In this document: positions 8,487 to 17,551 of the stretch, one piece after another
Layout of the letters: each line of letters opens with the position of its first letter
Position numbering within the stretch: position 1 is the first letter of the stretch
Source of the DNA: Pseudomonadota bacterium
GTDB taxonomy: Bacteria > Pseudomonadota > Gammaproteobacteria > Pseudomonadales > Cellvibrionaceae
Assembly: GCA_041179125.1 (NCBI GenBank)
Contig: JBEGTZ010000037.1
Coordinates: 1 to 44,231 of the forward strand
Reading direction: 5' to 3'
Length of the DNA: 44,231 nucleotides
The notes under the pieces: model-generated
Database searches by the model: none
What the model was told of the DNA's origin: nothing
Seen by the model: only the letters and a program-made list of their open reading frames with translations
Position numbers and translations under genes: made by a program

Positions 8487-9803
8487 TTATTTTTTGTGCA
8501 ATAAATTAATCGCCTTTAATAAATTCAGTGCTTCAAATAATTGATTGTCTTTTTCTTGCAGATTATTCACATCTTTATCGCGCTCTTTTTGCCGTTCTTG
8601 CGCTTTAATGGCTTTGCCGCCGGTGCCATTTGCCAAATGCCCGCTTAATTCTGCTTCGCTTACACTGTATGCCTCATTGTTAGTGCGGGTGATATTGGCG
8701 CGTTCTACGCGGATATCCGGTTCAATTCCCTGTGCTTGAATGGAGCGGCCATTGGGTGTGAAATAAAGCGCGGTGGTGAGTTTCATGGCTTTTTCTTCCG
8801 TGAGGGGCACAACGGTTTGTACGGAGCCTTTGCCAAAACTGCGGGTGCCTAATACTAAGGCGCGTTTTGAATCTTGCAGGGCACCTGCGACAATTTCTGA
8901 GGCCGAGGCGGAGCCTTCGTTGATTAATACCACCAAGGGAATCCCTTCGGTTAAATCTTTAGGTTGTGCATGGAATTTTTCATTACTTTGGGGCAGGCGG
9001 CCCTGGGTGTATACCACAAGCCCGCCATCCATAAACATATCTGCCACCGCCACAGACGCTTGTAATACCCCGCCAGGGTTATTGCGTAAATCTAAAATAA
9101 CGCCTTTGGGTTTGGTTGTTTTTGTTAAAGCTTGGTAGCTGTTAATGAGTTCTTCACCGGTTTTAACTTGAAATTGTGCTACGCGTAAATAAACATAATC
9201 TTCAGCAATAATTTCGCCGCGCACACTTTTTACTTTAATCACATCGCGCACTAAGTTAAAAATTAATGGTTTATTTTGGCCCGTGCGCAGTACGGTTAAT
9301 TCGGTTTTGCTGCCTTTGGCACCGCGCATTTTTTCTATGGCTTCATCAATGGCTAAGCCTTTAAGGAGTGTGCCATCAATTTTAATAATAATATCACCGG
9401 CCAAAATTCCTGCTTTAGCCGCTGGGGTGTCGTCCATAGGGCTTATGACTTTTACGCCATTTTCATCGGCACCCACTTCAATACCCAAGCCACCGAATTC
9501 ACCTGTGGTGTGTGTTTGTAATGTTTCAAGTGATGAACTGTCTAAATAACTGGAGTGCGGATCCAGCTCGCTTAACATGCCTTTTAAGGCATATTCTAAT
9601 AATTTGGCGTCGTTAATTTCTGTGACATAACCGGTGCGAATATTTTCAAATGCTTTGGCAAATATCCGTAAATCTTCAAGGGGCAGTGTTGCGGGGGCTG
9701 CATGTTTGGGCGCTGGAGCAACAGGCTGGGTTGCGGGTTCTTGAGCCGTCAAGCTGCTTGAATAAAAAGCGATAAATAATAATGAGTAAAGGCGCAGCGC
9801 CAC
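8487..9803 (-). CDS. ctpA: Carboxy-terminal processing protease (S41A), PDZ-containing
   Basis: 438 aa. Signal peptide, PDZ segment (GGLGIEV...GDIIIKIDG), S41 catalytic region ...INEGSASASEI... and ...SFGKGSVQ. GTG start. Confidence 0.9.
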   Translation of the reverse strand: MALRLYSLLFIAFYSSSLTAQEPATQPVAPAPKHAAPATLPLEDLRIFAKAFENIRTGYVTEINDAKLLEYALKGMLSELDPHSSYLDSSSLETLQTHTTGEFGGLGIEVGADENGVKVISPMDDTPAAKAGILAGDIIIKIDGTLLKGLAIDEAIEKMRGAKGSKTELTVLRTGQNKPLIFNLVRDVIKVKSVRGEIIAEDYVYLRVAQFQVKTGEELINSYQALTKTTKPKGVILDLRNNPGGVLQASVAVADMFMDGGLVVYTQGRLPQSNEKFHAQPKDLTEGIPLVVLINEGSASASEIVAGALQDSKRALVLGTRSFGKGSVQTVVPLTEEKAMKLTTALYFTPNGRSIQAQGIEPDIRVERANITRTNNEAYSVSEAELSGHLANGTGGKAIKAQERQKERDKDVNNLQEKDNQLFEALNLLKAINLLHKK

Positions 9804-9860
9804 AGTAATTCTCCAAAATAAAATATGTGGATTTTAATTTGTTCGTTTAGGTTTTTAGAT

Positions 9861-9900
9861 TTTAACCAAGGTTTTTAGGTTTTAACCAAGGTTTTGGGTT
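9861..9900. repeat. 20-bp tandem duplication (TTTAACCAAGGTTTT core) spanning the envC stop codon
   Basis: 9861-9880 tttaaccaaggtttttaggt and 9881-9900 tttaaccaaggttttgggtt. On the coding strand TAA is out of frame in the first copy and is the stop in the second (..PKPWLKPKNLG*). Confidence 0.85.
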
Positions 9901-11178
9901 GGTGGGTTGGCCGTTATGGCGCAATTCAAAATACAAACCGGCATCGGCTTGCCCGCCAGTATTGCCCAGTGCGGCAATAATGCTGCCCGCCTCAACGGAT
10001 TCACCGAGTTTTTTATACAAATTTTGATTGTGTGCATATAGGCTTAAATAACCTTGCCCATGATCAATGATGATTAATAAACCATGCCCTTTTAAATAAT
10101 CGGAAAATACAATTTTGCCGCGAGCAATGGCTTTTACTGGCGCACCCATTGCGCCTTGAATATAAATACCTTCCCAATTAACTTTGCCCGCTACACGGCT
10201 GCTGCCAAAATCATTAACGACCCGCCCGCTGGCAGGCCAGGGTAATTCGCCTTTAAGTTGCAATAAATTACCGCGCAGGGGGGCGGTTTGGGCCGTGGCG
10301 ATGTGTGGTTTGGATGTGTTTTGGGGTATTTGTGTGGTACCTGTGGGCAATGAAGTTGCTACATTTTCTTGATTTTCTAGATCGTCATCTTCAACAGCGG
10401 GCTTTTCAGTTTTTGCTAGCTGTGTGGTTTTAGTTTTTAAGCGGGTTTTTTCTTCTCGATGAATACGCGCCATAACATCTTGCAGTGAATGGCGGTCTTG
10501 TTCGTAGTTTTTGAGCGCTTGGTCTTTGTCGTCGATGGTGGCGTTAAGTTTAGCCAGGGTGTGCTTGCGCTCTTCTACTAAATCATTTAGCGCCAAGCGC
10601 TGAGCCTCAACACTTTTTTTATTTTCTTCGAGTTGGTTGTTCTGCTCAGTGATGGCGGGTTCTAAATCATTTAGCCGTTTAATGGTGCCCGAAAATTGTT
10701 GAATTTGTTTGTTGCGGGCGGCAATGAGGTACTCAAAATATTTTAAATTGCGCGATAAATCGGCTGGGTTTTCTTGGTTCAGCAGGAGTTTTATCGCGCT
10801 TTGGTTGCCGAGGCGGTAGGCAGCATTAAGATGCTGAGCTACTTGCGCCTCTTGCTGCTTTTTTGCGCTGGCAAGGCCCTCTCTTTCACCGCGAAGTTGG
10901 TTGAGGCTGGATTGCTGTGTTTGCAGTTGTTTTTTTAATTCTTCTATTTTTTTGTTTAATTCGGTAATTTTTTTCTCGGAGGTTTCCAGTTCGGTGTGTA
11001 AGTTTTCTCGGTTGGATTTAACCGAAATTAATTCTTTTTTTAATTGTTCGATGGTATTTTTTAGTTCGGTTAATTTGGTTTCAGGGTTGGCAGGCTCCGC
11101 AGCATAAAGCATCTGCGCCCCGCCTAAAAGGCAGCAGGCCAGCATACTGGCGCGGCTGATACGGGTGAATAATTTCAT
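9862..11178 (-). CDS. envC: Murein hydrolase activator EnvC-like (coiled coil + degenerate LytM/M23 domain)
   Basis: Signal peptide, a long K/E/Q-rich coiled coil and a C-terminal LytM fold. The metal-ligand motif PHLHFE is replaced by AGLYFE, which is degenerate as in EnvC. Lies between gpmI and ctpA, as in E. coli (gpmM-envC). Confidence 0.8.
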   Translation of the reverse strand: MKLFTRISRASMLACCLLGGAQMLYAAEPANPETKLTELKNTIEQLKKELISVKSNRENLHTELETSEKKITELNKKIEELKKQLQTQQSSLNQLRGEREGLASAKKQQEAQVAQHLNAAYRLGNQSAIKLLLNQENPADLSRNLKYFEYLIAARNKQIQQFSGTIKRLNDLEPAITEQNNQLEENKKSVEAQRLALNDLVEERKHTLAKLNATIDDKDQALKNYEQDRHSLQDVMARIHREEKTRLKTKTTQLAKTEKPAVEDDDLENQENVATSLPTGTTQIPQNTSKPHIATAQTAPLRGNLLQLKGELPWPASGRVVNDFGSSRVAGKVNWEGIYIQGAMGAPVKAIARGKIVFSDYLKGHGLLIIIDHGQGYLSLYAHNQNLYKKLGESVEAGSIIAALGNTGGQADAGLYFELRHNGQPTNPKPWLKPKNLG

Positions 11179-11206
11179 AGTGAGTCCTATGTGAGTTATT
11201 GAATAA

Positions 11207-12751
11207 TTAACAAGTGGCAGTTAACAAATTTTGGCCCGTCATTTCAACCGGTTGGGCCACGCCTAACAAGCCTAGCAGAGTTGGCGCTATATCAGCCAAT
11301 GAACCGCCTTCTTTAAATGTATATTGGCCGGGTCCTACATAAACCAATGGCACGGGCAGGGTGGTATGTTGGGTGTGTAATTGGCCTGAGGTTTCGTCGA
11401 ACATTAATTCTACGTTGCCGTGGTCGGCAGTAATTAACACATGGCCGTTCACGTCTTTAATCGCTGCAAGCACTTGCACTAAACATGCATCCACCGCTTC
11501 TACCGCTTTTATGGCCGCTTCGTAAACCCCCGTGTGGCCCACTTGGTCGCAGTTGGCATAATTACAAATAATGGCATCAAATTTTTGGCTTTTAATGGCG
11601 GCGATGAGTTTTTCAGTGACTTCCGGTGCGCTCATTTCCGGTTGTAAATCGTACGTATTAACCTGGGGTGAGGGGACTAAAATGCGCTCTTCGCCTTCAT
11701 ATAATTCCTCTTGTCCGCCGCTAAAAAAGAAGGTGACGTGGGCGTATTTTTCGGTTTCGGCAATGCGCAGTTGTGTTTTATGGTGGGCGGCGAGGACTTC
11801 GCCTAGGGAGTTTTTTACATCATCGGGCGGGTAGGCGCAGTGTGTGTGATGGGTGTTAAGTTCGGCGGAATATTCCGTAGTCATCACAAAATCCGCAAGC
11901 GCAGGCCGCTGGGCGCGCGCAAAACCTGTGAAGGCATCGTCTACAAAACAATGGCTAATTTCGCGGGCGCGGTCGGGGCGGAAATTCATAAAAATCACAC
12001 TGTCACCGTCTTCAATGGGCGCAGCATCGCCAATACGTGTAGCTTTAACAAACTCGTCGTTTTCGCCGCGCGCGTAGGCGGCTTCTAACCCTGCGATGGC
12101 ATTTGAGGCGGTGAATTCTGCGGTGCTGGCGGTGAGTAAATTATACGCTTGAGCCACGCGGTCCCAGCGGTTGTCGCGGTCGAGCGCAAAAAAACGGCCA
12201 ATAATAGTGGCGGTACGGCCTACGCCTAGCTGGGCAAACGTTTCATCGGCCTGTTGTAACGGGGCTTCTGCGCTGCGAGGTGGTGTGTCGCGGCCATCTA
12301 AAAAGGCATGCAGGAATAATTTTTTAGCCCCGCGCGCGGCCGCGAGTTTGAGCATGGCGAGAATATGATCTTGGTGGCTGTGTACGCCGCCGTCGGACAG
12401 CAGGCCTATAACATGAACCGCTTTATCGGCGCGCACGGCTTTATCAATGGCGGCGCAATATACGGGGTTGGTAAAAAAATCCCCGTCGCTAATGGCTTTA
12501 TTAATACGGGTGAAATTTTGATACACCACGCGCCCGGCACCGAGCGTCATGTGGCCCACCTCGGAATTGCCCATTTGCCCATCGGGCAAGCCTACCGCCA
12601 TGCCCGATGTGCCGATCAAGGTGCGCGGGCCGTGTGCCCAGAGGTTTTGCCACAGGGGTGCGCGGGCATTGGCGATGGCGTTGTATTGGCTGGATTCGTT
12701 GTAGCCGAAACCATCGAGAATAATCAAAACTACAGGTTGTTTAGCAGACAT
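11207..12751 (-). CDS. gpmI: 2,3-bisphosphoglycerate-independent phosphoglycerate mutase
   Basis: 514 aa. [18 protein letters not shown] and ...ITADHGN motifs typical of iPGM. Confidence 0.95.
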   Translation of the reverse strand: MSAKQPVVLIILDGFGYNESSQYNAIANARAPLWQNLWAHGPRTLIGTSGMAVGLPDGQMGNSEVGHMTLGAGRVVYQNFTRINKAISDGDFFTNPVYCAAIDKAVRADKAVHVIGLLSDGGVHSHQDHILAMLKLAAARGAKKLFLHAFLDGRDTPPRSAEAPLQQADETFAQLGVGRTATIIGRFFALDRDNRWDRVAQAYNLLTASTAEFTASNAIAGLEAAYARGENDEFVKATRIGDAAPIEDGDSVIFMNFRPDRAREISHCFVDDAFTGFARAQRPALADFVMTTEYSAELNTHHTHCAYPPDDVKNSLGEVLAAHHKTQLRIAETEKYAHVTFFFSGGQEELYEGEERILVPSPQVNTYDLQPEMSAPEVTEKLIAAIKSQKFDAIICNYANCDQVGHTGVYEAAIKAVEAVDACLVQVLAAIKDVNGHVLITADHGNVELMFDETSGQLHTQHTTLPVPLVYVGPGQYTFKEGGSLADIAPTLLGLLGVAQPVEMTGQNLLTATC

Positions 12752-12981
12752 GACGGCGCCTTTTGAATTCGTGGGTGATTAACTATACCGTCCCGCAGTG
12801 GGACGGATGCGCGCTTTGGGTTGGAATTTACTGTGATTTCGGATGATTCAGCGGTGTGAATGATCCAATAAATGCAGTATTTCCAGCCTTGAGCGCACCT
12901 GTTATGGGGCCTTCTGAGCGTTTGGAGGGCTTGTGCCGCGCTATGGTTTTGGCTTTATACACCTTATGTGTGTGGAGCCTG

Positions 12982-13157
12982 TTTTAACCTAGAAACCTCA
13001 GTTGAGCGCCCAAAAGCTGTGTAAGCCACGGGTAGCGGATAGTGAAAGTTTAAAATGAAGGGCAACCTTATTGGTTGTTCGAAATTTTAAACTTTTGTTA
13101 GACGTGCCAAGGGGTTGCGCAGACTTGGGTGATCCAGCTGAGGTTTTTAGGTTTAAG
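12982..13157. mobile_element. 176-bp hairpin-forming MITE-like repeat, copy 1 (inverted relative to copy 2 at 23200-23374)
   Basis: The outer ~47 nt and ~50 nt and the central ~26 nt are (near-)identical to the reverse complement of 23200-23374. Termini TTAACCTAGAAACCTCAG / CTGAGGTTTTTAGGTTTAA are inverted repeats. It sits in the divergent gpmI/yibN intergenic region. Confidence 0.75.
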
Positions 13158-13352
13158 GCGCAGGAGTTGAACATAAGTTTGTAACGAGCCAAAAGTACAT
13201 TGCCGCACGACGCTTTGGCATCGGGCGAGCCATTTTATACACAAGCAGCAGCCTTCGCCCAGTGTTCATGTATACTGCGCGCCTTTTGGGGCCGTCTTTT
13301 ACACTGCGTGTACGCCGTGTGGCCTAATCATATTAATGAGGTGTTGGTAATC

Positions 13353-13757
13353 GTGTTTGAATTTGCGCTGGAAAATTGGCCGTTTATTGCGGCGATGGTG
13401 GCTTTAATTGCTGCGTATTTTGCTTTAAATACCCTGGCGAGCGGCAAAAGTATTTCGGTGCATGAGCTTACGCAATCGGTAAACCAAGGCGAAGCATTAG
13501 TATTAGACATTCGCGAGGCCAATGATTTTAAATCCGGCCACATTACAGGCGCTATGAATATTCCTTTTTCCGCCGTTGTTACACGCATCAGCGAGCTGGA
13601 AAAATACCGCAGCAAACGTATTATTTTGGTGGATAAATTAGGCCAACACACTGCGGATGTAGCCAAACAACTTAAAACGCAAGGTTTTGATGTGGTGCGT
13701 TTGGGTGGTGGAATGAGTGAGTGGCAGCATCAATCATTACCGGTGGTTAAAAAATAA
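13353..13757 (+). CDS. yibN: Membrane-anchored rhodanese-homology protein YibN-like
   Basis: GTG at 13353 preceded by GAGG. N-terminal TM followed by a rhodanese fold, with Asp in the position of the catalytic Cys (ILVDKLGQH), as in E. coli YibN (VVDGSGMQ). yibN-grxC-secB order is conserved. The upstream extension to 13200 looks non-coding. Confidence 0.75.
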   Translation: MFEFALENWPFIAAMVALIAAYFALNTLASGKSISVHELTQSVNQGEALVLDIREANDFKSGHITGAMNIPFSAVVTRISELEKYRSKRIILVDKLGQHTADVAKQLKTQGFDVVRLGGGMSEWQHQSLPVVKK

Positions 13758-13785
13758 TTTTTACAGGACAGAGTGTAAAAATCCC

Positions 13786-14046
13786 ATGAGTGTAAAAGTT
13801 TATACCCGCAGCAGCTGTAGTTATTGCATGTCGGCTAAACGCTTGTTGCAGAGTAAAGGCGCAGCGTTTGAAGAAATAAACCTAGATCGCGACCCGGTTT
13901 TATTGCAGGCAATTATGGATAAATCCGGGCAGCGCACGGTGCCGCAAATTTGGATTGGTAGCCGACACGTCGGTGGATTTACAGACATGCTGGCATTAGA
14001 TCGAGCGGGGGAGTTAGATGCTCTTTTGGCTAATCCACCGGCTTGA
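13786..14046 (+). CDS. grxC: Glutaredoxin 3
   Basis: 86 aa from the ATG at 13786 (MSVKVYTRSSCSYCMSAKRLL...). C-x-x-C active site (CSYC), TVPQIWI and GGFTD motifs. Confidence 0.9.
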   Translation: MSVKVYTRSSCSYCMSAKRLLQSKGAAFEEINLDRDPVLLQAIMDKSGQRTVPQIWIGSRHVGGFTDMLALDRAGELDALLANPPA

Positions 14047-14141
14047 TAGTTAAATGTTTGCCCCCAGAAAGAGGGCGTTGATTACAACCCCATTTTTATC
14101 CCACAATTTTTTCCATAACTAAACACAAATAAGGCCTACCC

Positions 14142-14636
14142 ATGACTGACGAAATTAACAACGCCGAAAGCAATGCCGATGAAGCCAATGCACCGCAATT
14201 TGCTGTTCAGCGCATTTATGTAAAAGATGTATCGTTTGAAACGCCGATGGGGGTTGAAGCCTTCCGTCAGCAATGGCAACCCAAGGTTGGCCAAGAATTA
14301 GGCACCGCCGCGAACAAAGTAGATGAAGATCTGTACGAGGTAGTTTTAAAAATCACCATTAATGTTCAATTGGGTGATAAAACGGCATTTTTAGTGGAAG
14401 TTCAACAAGCCGGTTTATTTATGGCCGCCAATATTGAAGGGCCACAATTAGCCCACTTGCTCAATACCGCGTGCCCCACCATTTTATTCCCCTACGCACG
14501 CGAAGCTATTGATAATTTATGCTTAAAGGGCAGCTTCCCCGCCCTGGCATTGCCGCCGATTAACTTTGATATGTTATTTGCACGCGCCATTGCACAAGCG
14601 CAGGCGGAAGCCGAAGGCGCAGGCCAAGACGCTTAA
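14142..14636 (+). CDS. secB: Protein-export chaperone SecB
   Basis: 164 aa. ...[14 protein letters not shown]...LFPYAREAI... and an acidic C-terminal tail. Confidence 0.95.
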   Translation: MTDEINNAESNADEANAPQFAVQRIYVKDVSFETPMGVEAFRQQWQPKVGQELGTAANKVDEDLYEVVLKITINVQLGDKTAFLVEVQQAGLFMAANIEGPQLAHLLNTACPTILFPYAREAIDNLCLKGSFPALALPPINFDMLFARAIAQAQAEAEGAGQDA

Positions 14637-14677
14637 AAGTAGGTTGTCTGCTATTTCGGCAGACAAATAAATGATTT

Positions 14678-14704
14678 AAAAAACCTGCTTCAGCGGGTTT
14701 TTTT
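14678..14704 (+). terminator. Rho-independent terminator after secB
   Basis: A-run, stem CCTGC/GCGGG (one G-U pair), loop TTCA, then T7 (14698-14704). A second 8-bp hairpin (TTGTCTGC...GCAGACAA, 14644-14666) lies just upstream. Confidence 0.65.
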
Positions 14705-14742
14705 ATTTTCAGTTTGGAATTCTATTTTTTATTGAGCCAGCC

Positions 14743-16323
14743 ATGAGCGTTGAATCTCAGGCGCCGTATTTAACGCGCCGCACCTTTGCCATTATTAGCC
14801 ACCCGGATGCCGGTAAAACTACCATTACGGAAAAATTATTATTATTCGGAAATGCCATTCAAATTGCAGGTTCGGTAAAAGGCAAACGAGGCCCCCACGC
14901 CAAATCCGACTGGATGACCATGGAGCAAGAGCGGGGGATTTCTGTCACCTCGTCGGTCATGCAATTTCCCTACAATGGCCGTATTGTTAATTTATTAGAT
15001 ACCCCAGGCCACGAAGATTTTTCTGAAGATACCTACCGTACATTAACGGCGGTGGACTCGGTATTAATGGTGATTGATGGCGCTAAGGGCGTGGAAGATC
15101 GCACCATTAAATTAATGGAAGTTTGCCGGTTACGCGACACACCTATTTTATCTTTTATTAATAAAATGGATCGCGAAAGCCGTGACCCTATTGAAGTATT
15201 AGATGAAATTGAAACCGTATTAAAAATTGCCGCAGCCCCAATTAACTGGCCTATTGGCATGGGCAAAGAATTTAAAGGCGTTTACAACCTTTATACGGAT
15301 ACTTTTCATCTGTACACCCAAGGCCAAGGCCATACCATTCCCGATGACATCCAAATAAAAGGTATCAACAGCCCAGAAGCGCGTAATCTTTTAGGTGCTT
15401 ATGTGGATGACGTACAGGCAGAGTTAGAACTGGTGCGCGGCGCCACGCATAAATTTAATGTGGAAAAATACCTGGCAGGAGAGTTAACACCGGTATTTTT
15501 TGGTACCGCTTTAGGTAATTTTGGTGTGCGGGAAATGCTCAATGGATTTGTTGAATGGGCGCCGCCGCCGCAAGGGCGCAAAGCCGATGTGCGTACTGTG
15601 GCGCCGAGTGAACCGGCATTTTCTGGTTTTGTATTTAAAATCCAAGCCAACATGGATCCAAAACATCGCGATCGAATTGCATTTATGCGTGTGGTATCGG
15701 GCAGTTATACCCAGGGTATGAAAATGCAGCATGTGCGCTTGAAAAAAGAAGTGCGCATTAGCGATGCAGTGACGTTTTTAGCAGGCGACCGCAGCACAGT
15801 AGAAGAAGCTATTGCTGGGGATATTATTGGTTTACACAACCACGGCACGATACAAATTGGCGATGCATTTACTGAAGGCGAAGCGCTGAAATATACCGGC
15901 ATCCCACATTTCGCACCGGAAATGTTCCGTCGTATTCGTTTAAAAGATCCGTTAAAAGCTAAATCATTGCAAAAAGGTTTGCAGCAATTATCCGAGGAAG
16001 GTTCAACCCAGGTGTTTTTCCCTTTGCACAATAATGACATTGTGGTGGGGGCTGTGGGTGTGTTGCAATTTGAAGTGGTGGCCTATCGGTTAAAAGATGA
16101 ATACAAAGTTGAGGCAATTTACGAGCCTGTGAATGTAACAACAGCGCGCTGGGTGGAATGCACAGACACTAAAAAACTTGAAGAATTTAAACGTAAATGC
16201 GCGGATAATTTAGCCGTAGATGGCGGCGGCCATTTAACCTATTTGGCGCCTACACGGGTTAATTTATCGCTGTCTCAAGAGCGTCATCCTGATGTGGTAT
16301 TTCGTGCTACGCGGGAGCATTAA
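14743..16323 (+). CDS. prfC: Peptide chain release factor 3
   Basis: 526 aa. GTPase G1 [21 protein letters not shown]. Confidence 0.95.
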   Translation: MSVESQAPYLTRRTFAIISHPDAGKTTITEKLLLFGNAIQIAGSVKGKRGPHAKSDWMTMEQERGISVTSSVMQFPYNGRIVNLLDTPGHEDFSEDTYRTLTAVDSVLMVIDGAKGVEDRTIKLMEVCRLRDTPILSFINKMDRESRDPIEVLDEIETVLKIAAAPINWPIGMGKEFKGVYNLYTDTFHLYTQGQGHTIPDDIQIKGINSPEARNLLGAYVDDVQAELELVRGATHKFNVEKYLAGELTPVFFGTALGNFGVREMLNGFVEWAPPPQGRKADVRTVAPSEPAFSGFVFKIQANMDPKHRDRIAFMRVVSGSYTQGMKMQHVRLKKEVRISDAVTFLAGDRSTVEEAIAGDIIGLHNHGTIQIGDAFTEGEALKYTGIPHFAPEMFRRIRLKDPLKAKSLQKGLQQLSEEGSTQVFFPLHNNDIVVGAVGVLQFEVVAYRLKDEYKVEAIYEPVNVTTARWVECTDTKKLEEFKRKCADNLAVDGGGHLTYLAPTRVNLSLSQERHPDVVFRATREH

Positions 16324-16398
16324 CGCATGGTAAATGCGTGGGTTTTATTACGTGACGGATGCGCAAACTGAACATAATTTTTTAAAAGGCGGCTTTCT

Positions 16399-17397
16399 AT
16401 GCACACCAAATTACGCTGGGGTATTTTAAGTACCGCTAAAATTGCGCGCACTAAAGTTATTCCCGCCATCATGAATAGCGCCACCAATGAGGTAATTGCT
16501 ATTGCCTCACGGGATGCTGCCACGGCGCAGGCTTACGCTAAAGAATTAACTATTCCCGCTTTTTATGGCACCTATCAAGCCCTGTTGGACGACCCCAATG
16601 TGGACGCTATTTATAATCCACTGCCCAACGATATGCATGTTGCTTGGAGTATCGCAGCGTTAAAAGCTGGCAAACATGTGTTGTGCGAAAAACCCCTGGG
16701 GCTTAATACTCAGGATGCGCAACAACTTTTAAATGCAAGCCTTGCGCACCCAAACCTGTGTGTTATGGAAGCTTTTATGTACCGGTTTCACCCGCAATGG
16801 CGCGCCGTGCAGGAGTGGATAACACAGGGGTTAATTGGCCAAGTGCGTGCGGTGCAGACTATTTTCACCTATAACAATCACGAGCCTACCAATATTCGCA
16901 ATAATCCAGCCGCAGGTGGCGGCGCGCTGATGGATGTGGGCTGTTACGGTATTTCCGTTGCGCGCTGGATATTAAATGCGGAACCTGTGCGCGTGGTGGG
17001 CCAGTTGGATATACACCCGGTTTATCAAGTGGATCAATTAGCGTCATTAAATATGCATTTTGCATCGGGTGCAGTGGCCAACGTGTTATGTGGCACTAAA
17101 ATGGAAGCGGGGCAGGGGGTTTATATTTCCGGTACCGAAGGTTCAATTACTCTTGAACGGCCTTTTTATTGTGTGGGCGAAGAACCCAATGTTGTGCAAT
17201 TGCGTCGCGATGGACAGGTGACTCACCATGAATTCCCCGGCATGGATCAATACCAATTTATGTTAGAAGCATTTGCCGATAGTTGTTTTAATGGCTTGGC
17301 GGCACCGACACCAATGAACGATGCGTTGGCTAATATGCGTGTTATTGACGCGGTATTTAGCAGCGCCCGCACGGGACAATGGCAGCCGGTTATTTAG
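16399..17397 (+). CDS. Gfo/Idh/MocA family NAD(P)-dependent oxidoreductase
   Basis: 332 aa. N-terminal Rossmann segment (RWGILSTAKIA), EKP motif (VLCEKPLG), C-terminal alpha/beta domain. Confidence 0.85.
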   Translation: MHTKLRWGILSTAKIARTKVIPAIMNSATNEVIAIASRDAATAQAYAKELTIPAFYGTYQALLDDPNVDAIYNPLPNDMHVAWSIAALKAGKHVLCEKPLGLNTQDAQQLLNASLAHPNLCVMEAFMYRFHPQWRAVQEWITQGLIGQVRAVQTIFTYNNHEPTNIRNNPAAGGGALMDVGCYGISVARWILNAEPVRVVGQLDIHPVYQVDQLASLNMHFASGAVANVLCGTKMEAGQGVYISGTEGSITLERPFYCVGEEPNVVQLRRDGQVTHHEFPGMDQYQFMLEAFADSCFNGLAAPTPMNDALANMRVIDAVFSSARTGQWQPVI

Positions 17398-17551
17398 TCA
17401 TGGCACCCGTTAATTCCCCAAACAATCCTGACACGGAAATACTCGGTAGGATTGTGTATTGACCTCTACTATTTAGAGGTTTATTTTCGAACTGTTTACC
17501 AATGGATCTTTTGCAATGGCCCCAATTTTGTATTTTTTCTCCGGCGATAAT

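Noticed and set aside
8341-8544. 67-aa ORF (+) spanning the right half of the 196-bp MITE and running antisense into the ctpA 3' end
   Set aside because: No RBS. It crosses the element's TIR and overlaps ctpA antisense, so it is probably spurious.
12998-13192. 64-aa ORF on the minus strand in the gpmI/yibN intergenic region
   Set aside because: It lies almost entirely inside MITE copy 1. The other copy of the element does not preserve the reading frame, because its internal blocks differ by indels.
13200-13352. N-terminal extension of the rhodanese ORF (MPHDALASGEPFYTQ...), and the similar extension of grxC from 13717
   Set aside because: The extensions have no homology-like features. YibN-type proteins start at the TM helix (GTG 13353 with an upstream GAGG) and Grx3 starts at MSVKVY (ATG 13786). 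The grxC extension would overlap the yibN 3' end.
17422-17455. 8-bp-stem hairpin (ACAATCCT...AGGATTGT) after the Gfo/Idh/MocA gene as a terminator
   Set aside because: It has an 18-nt loop and no downstream T-run, so I am not confident it is an intrinsic terminator.
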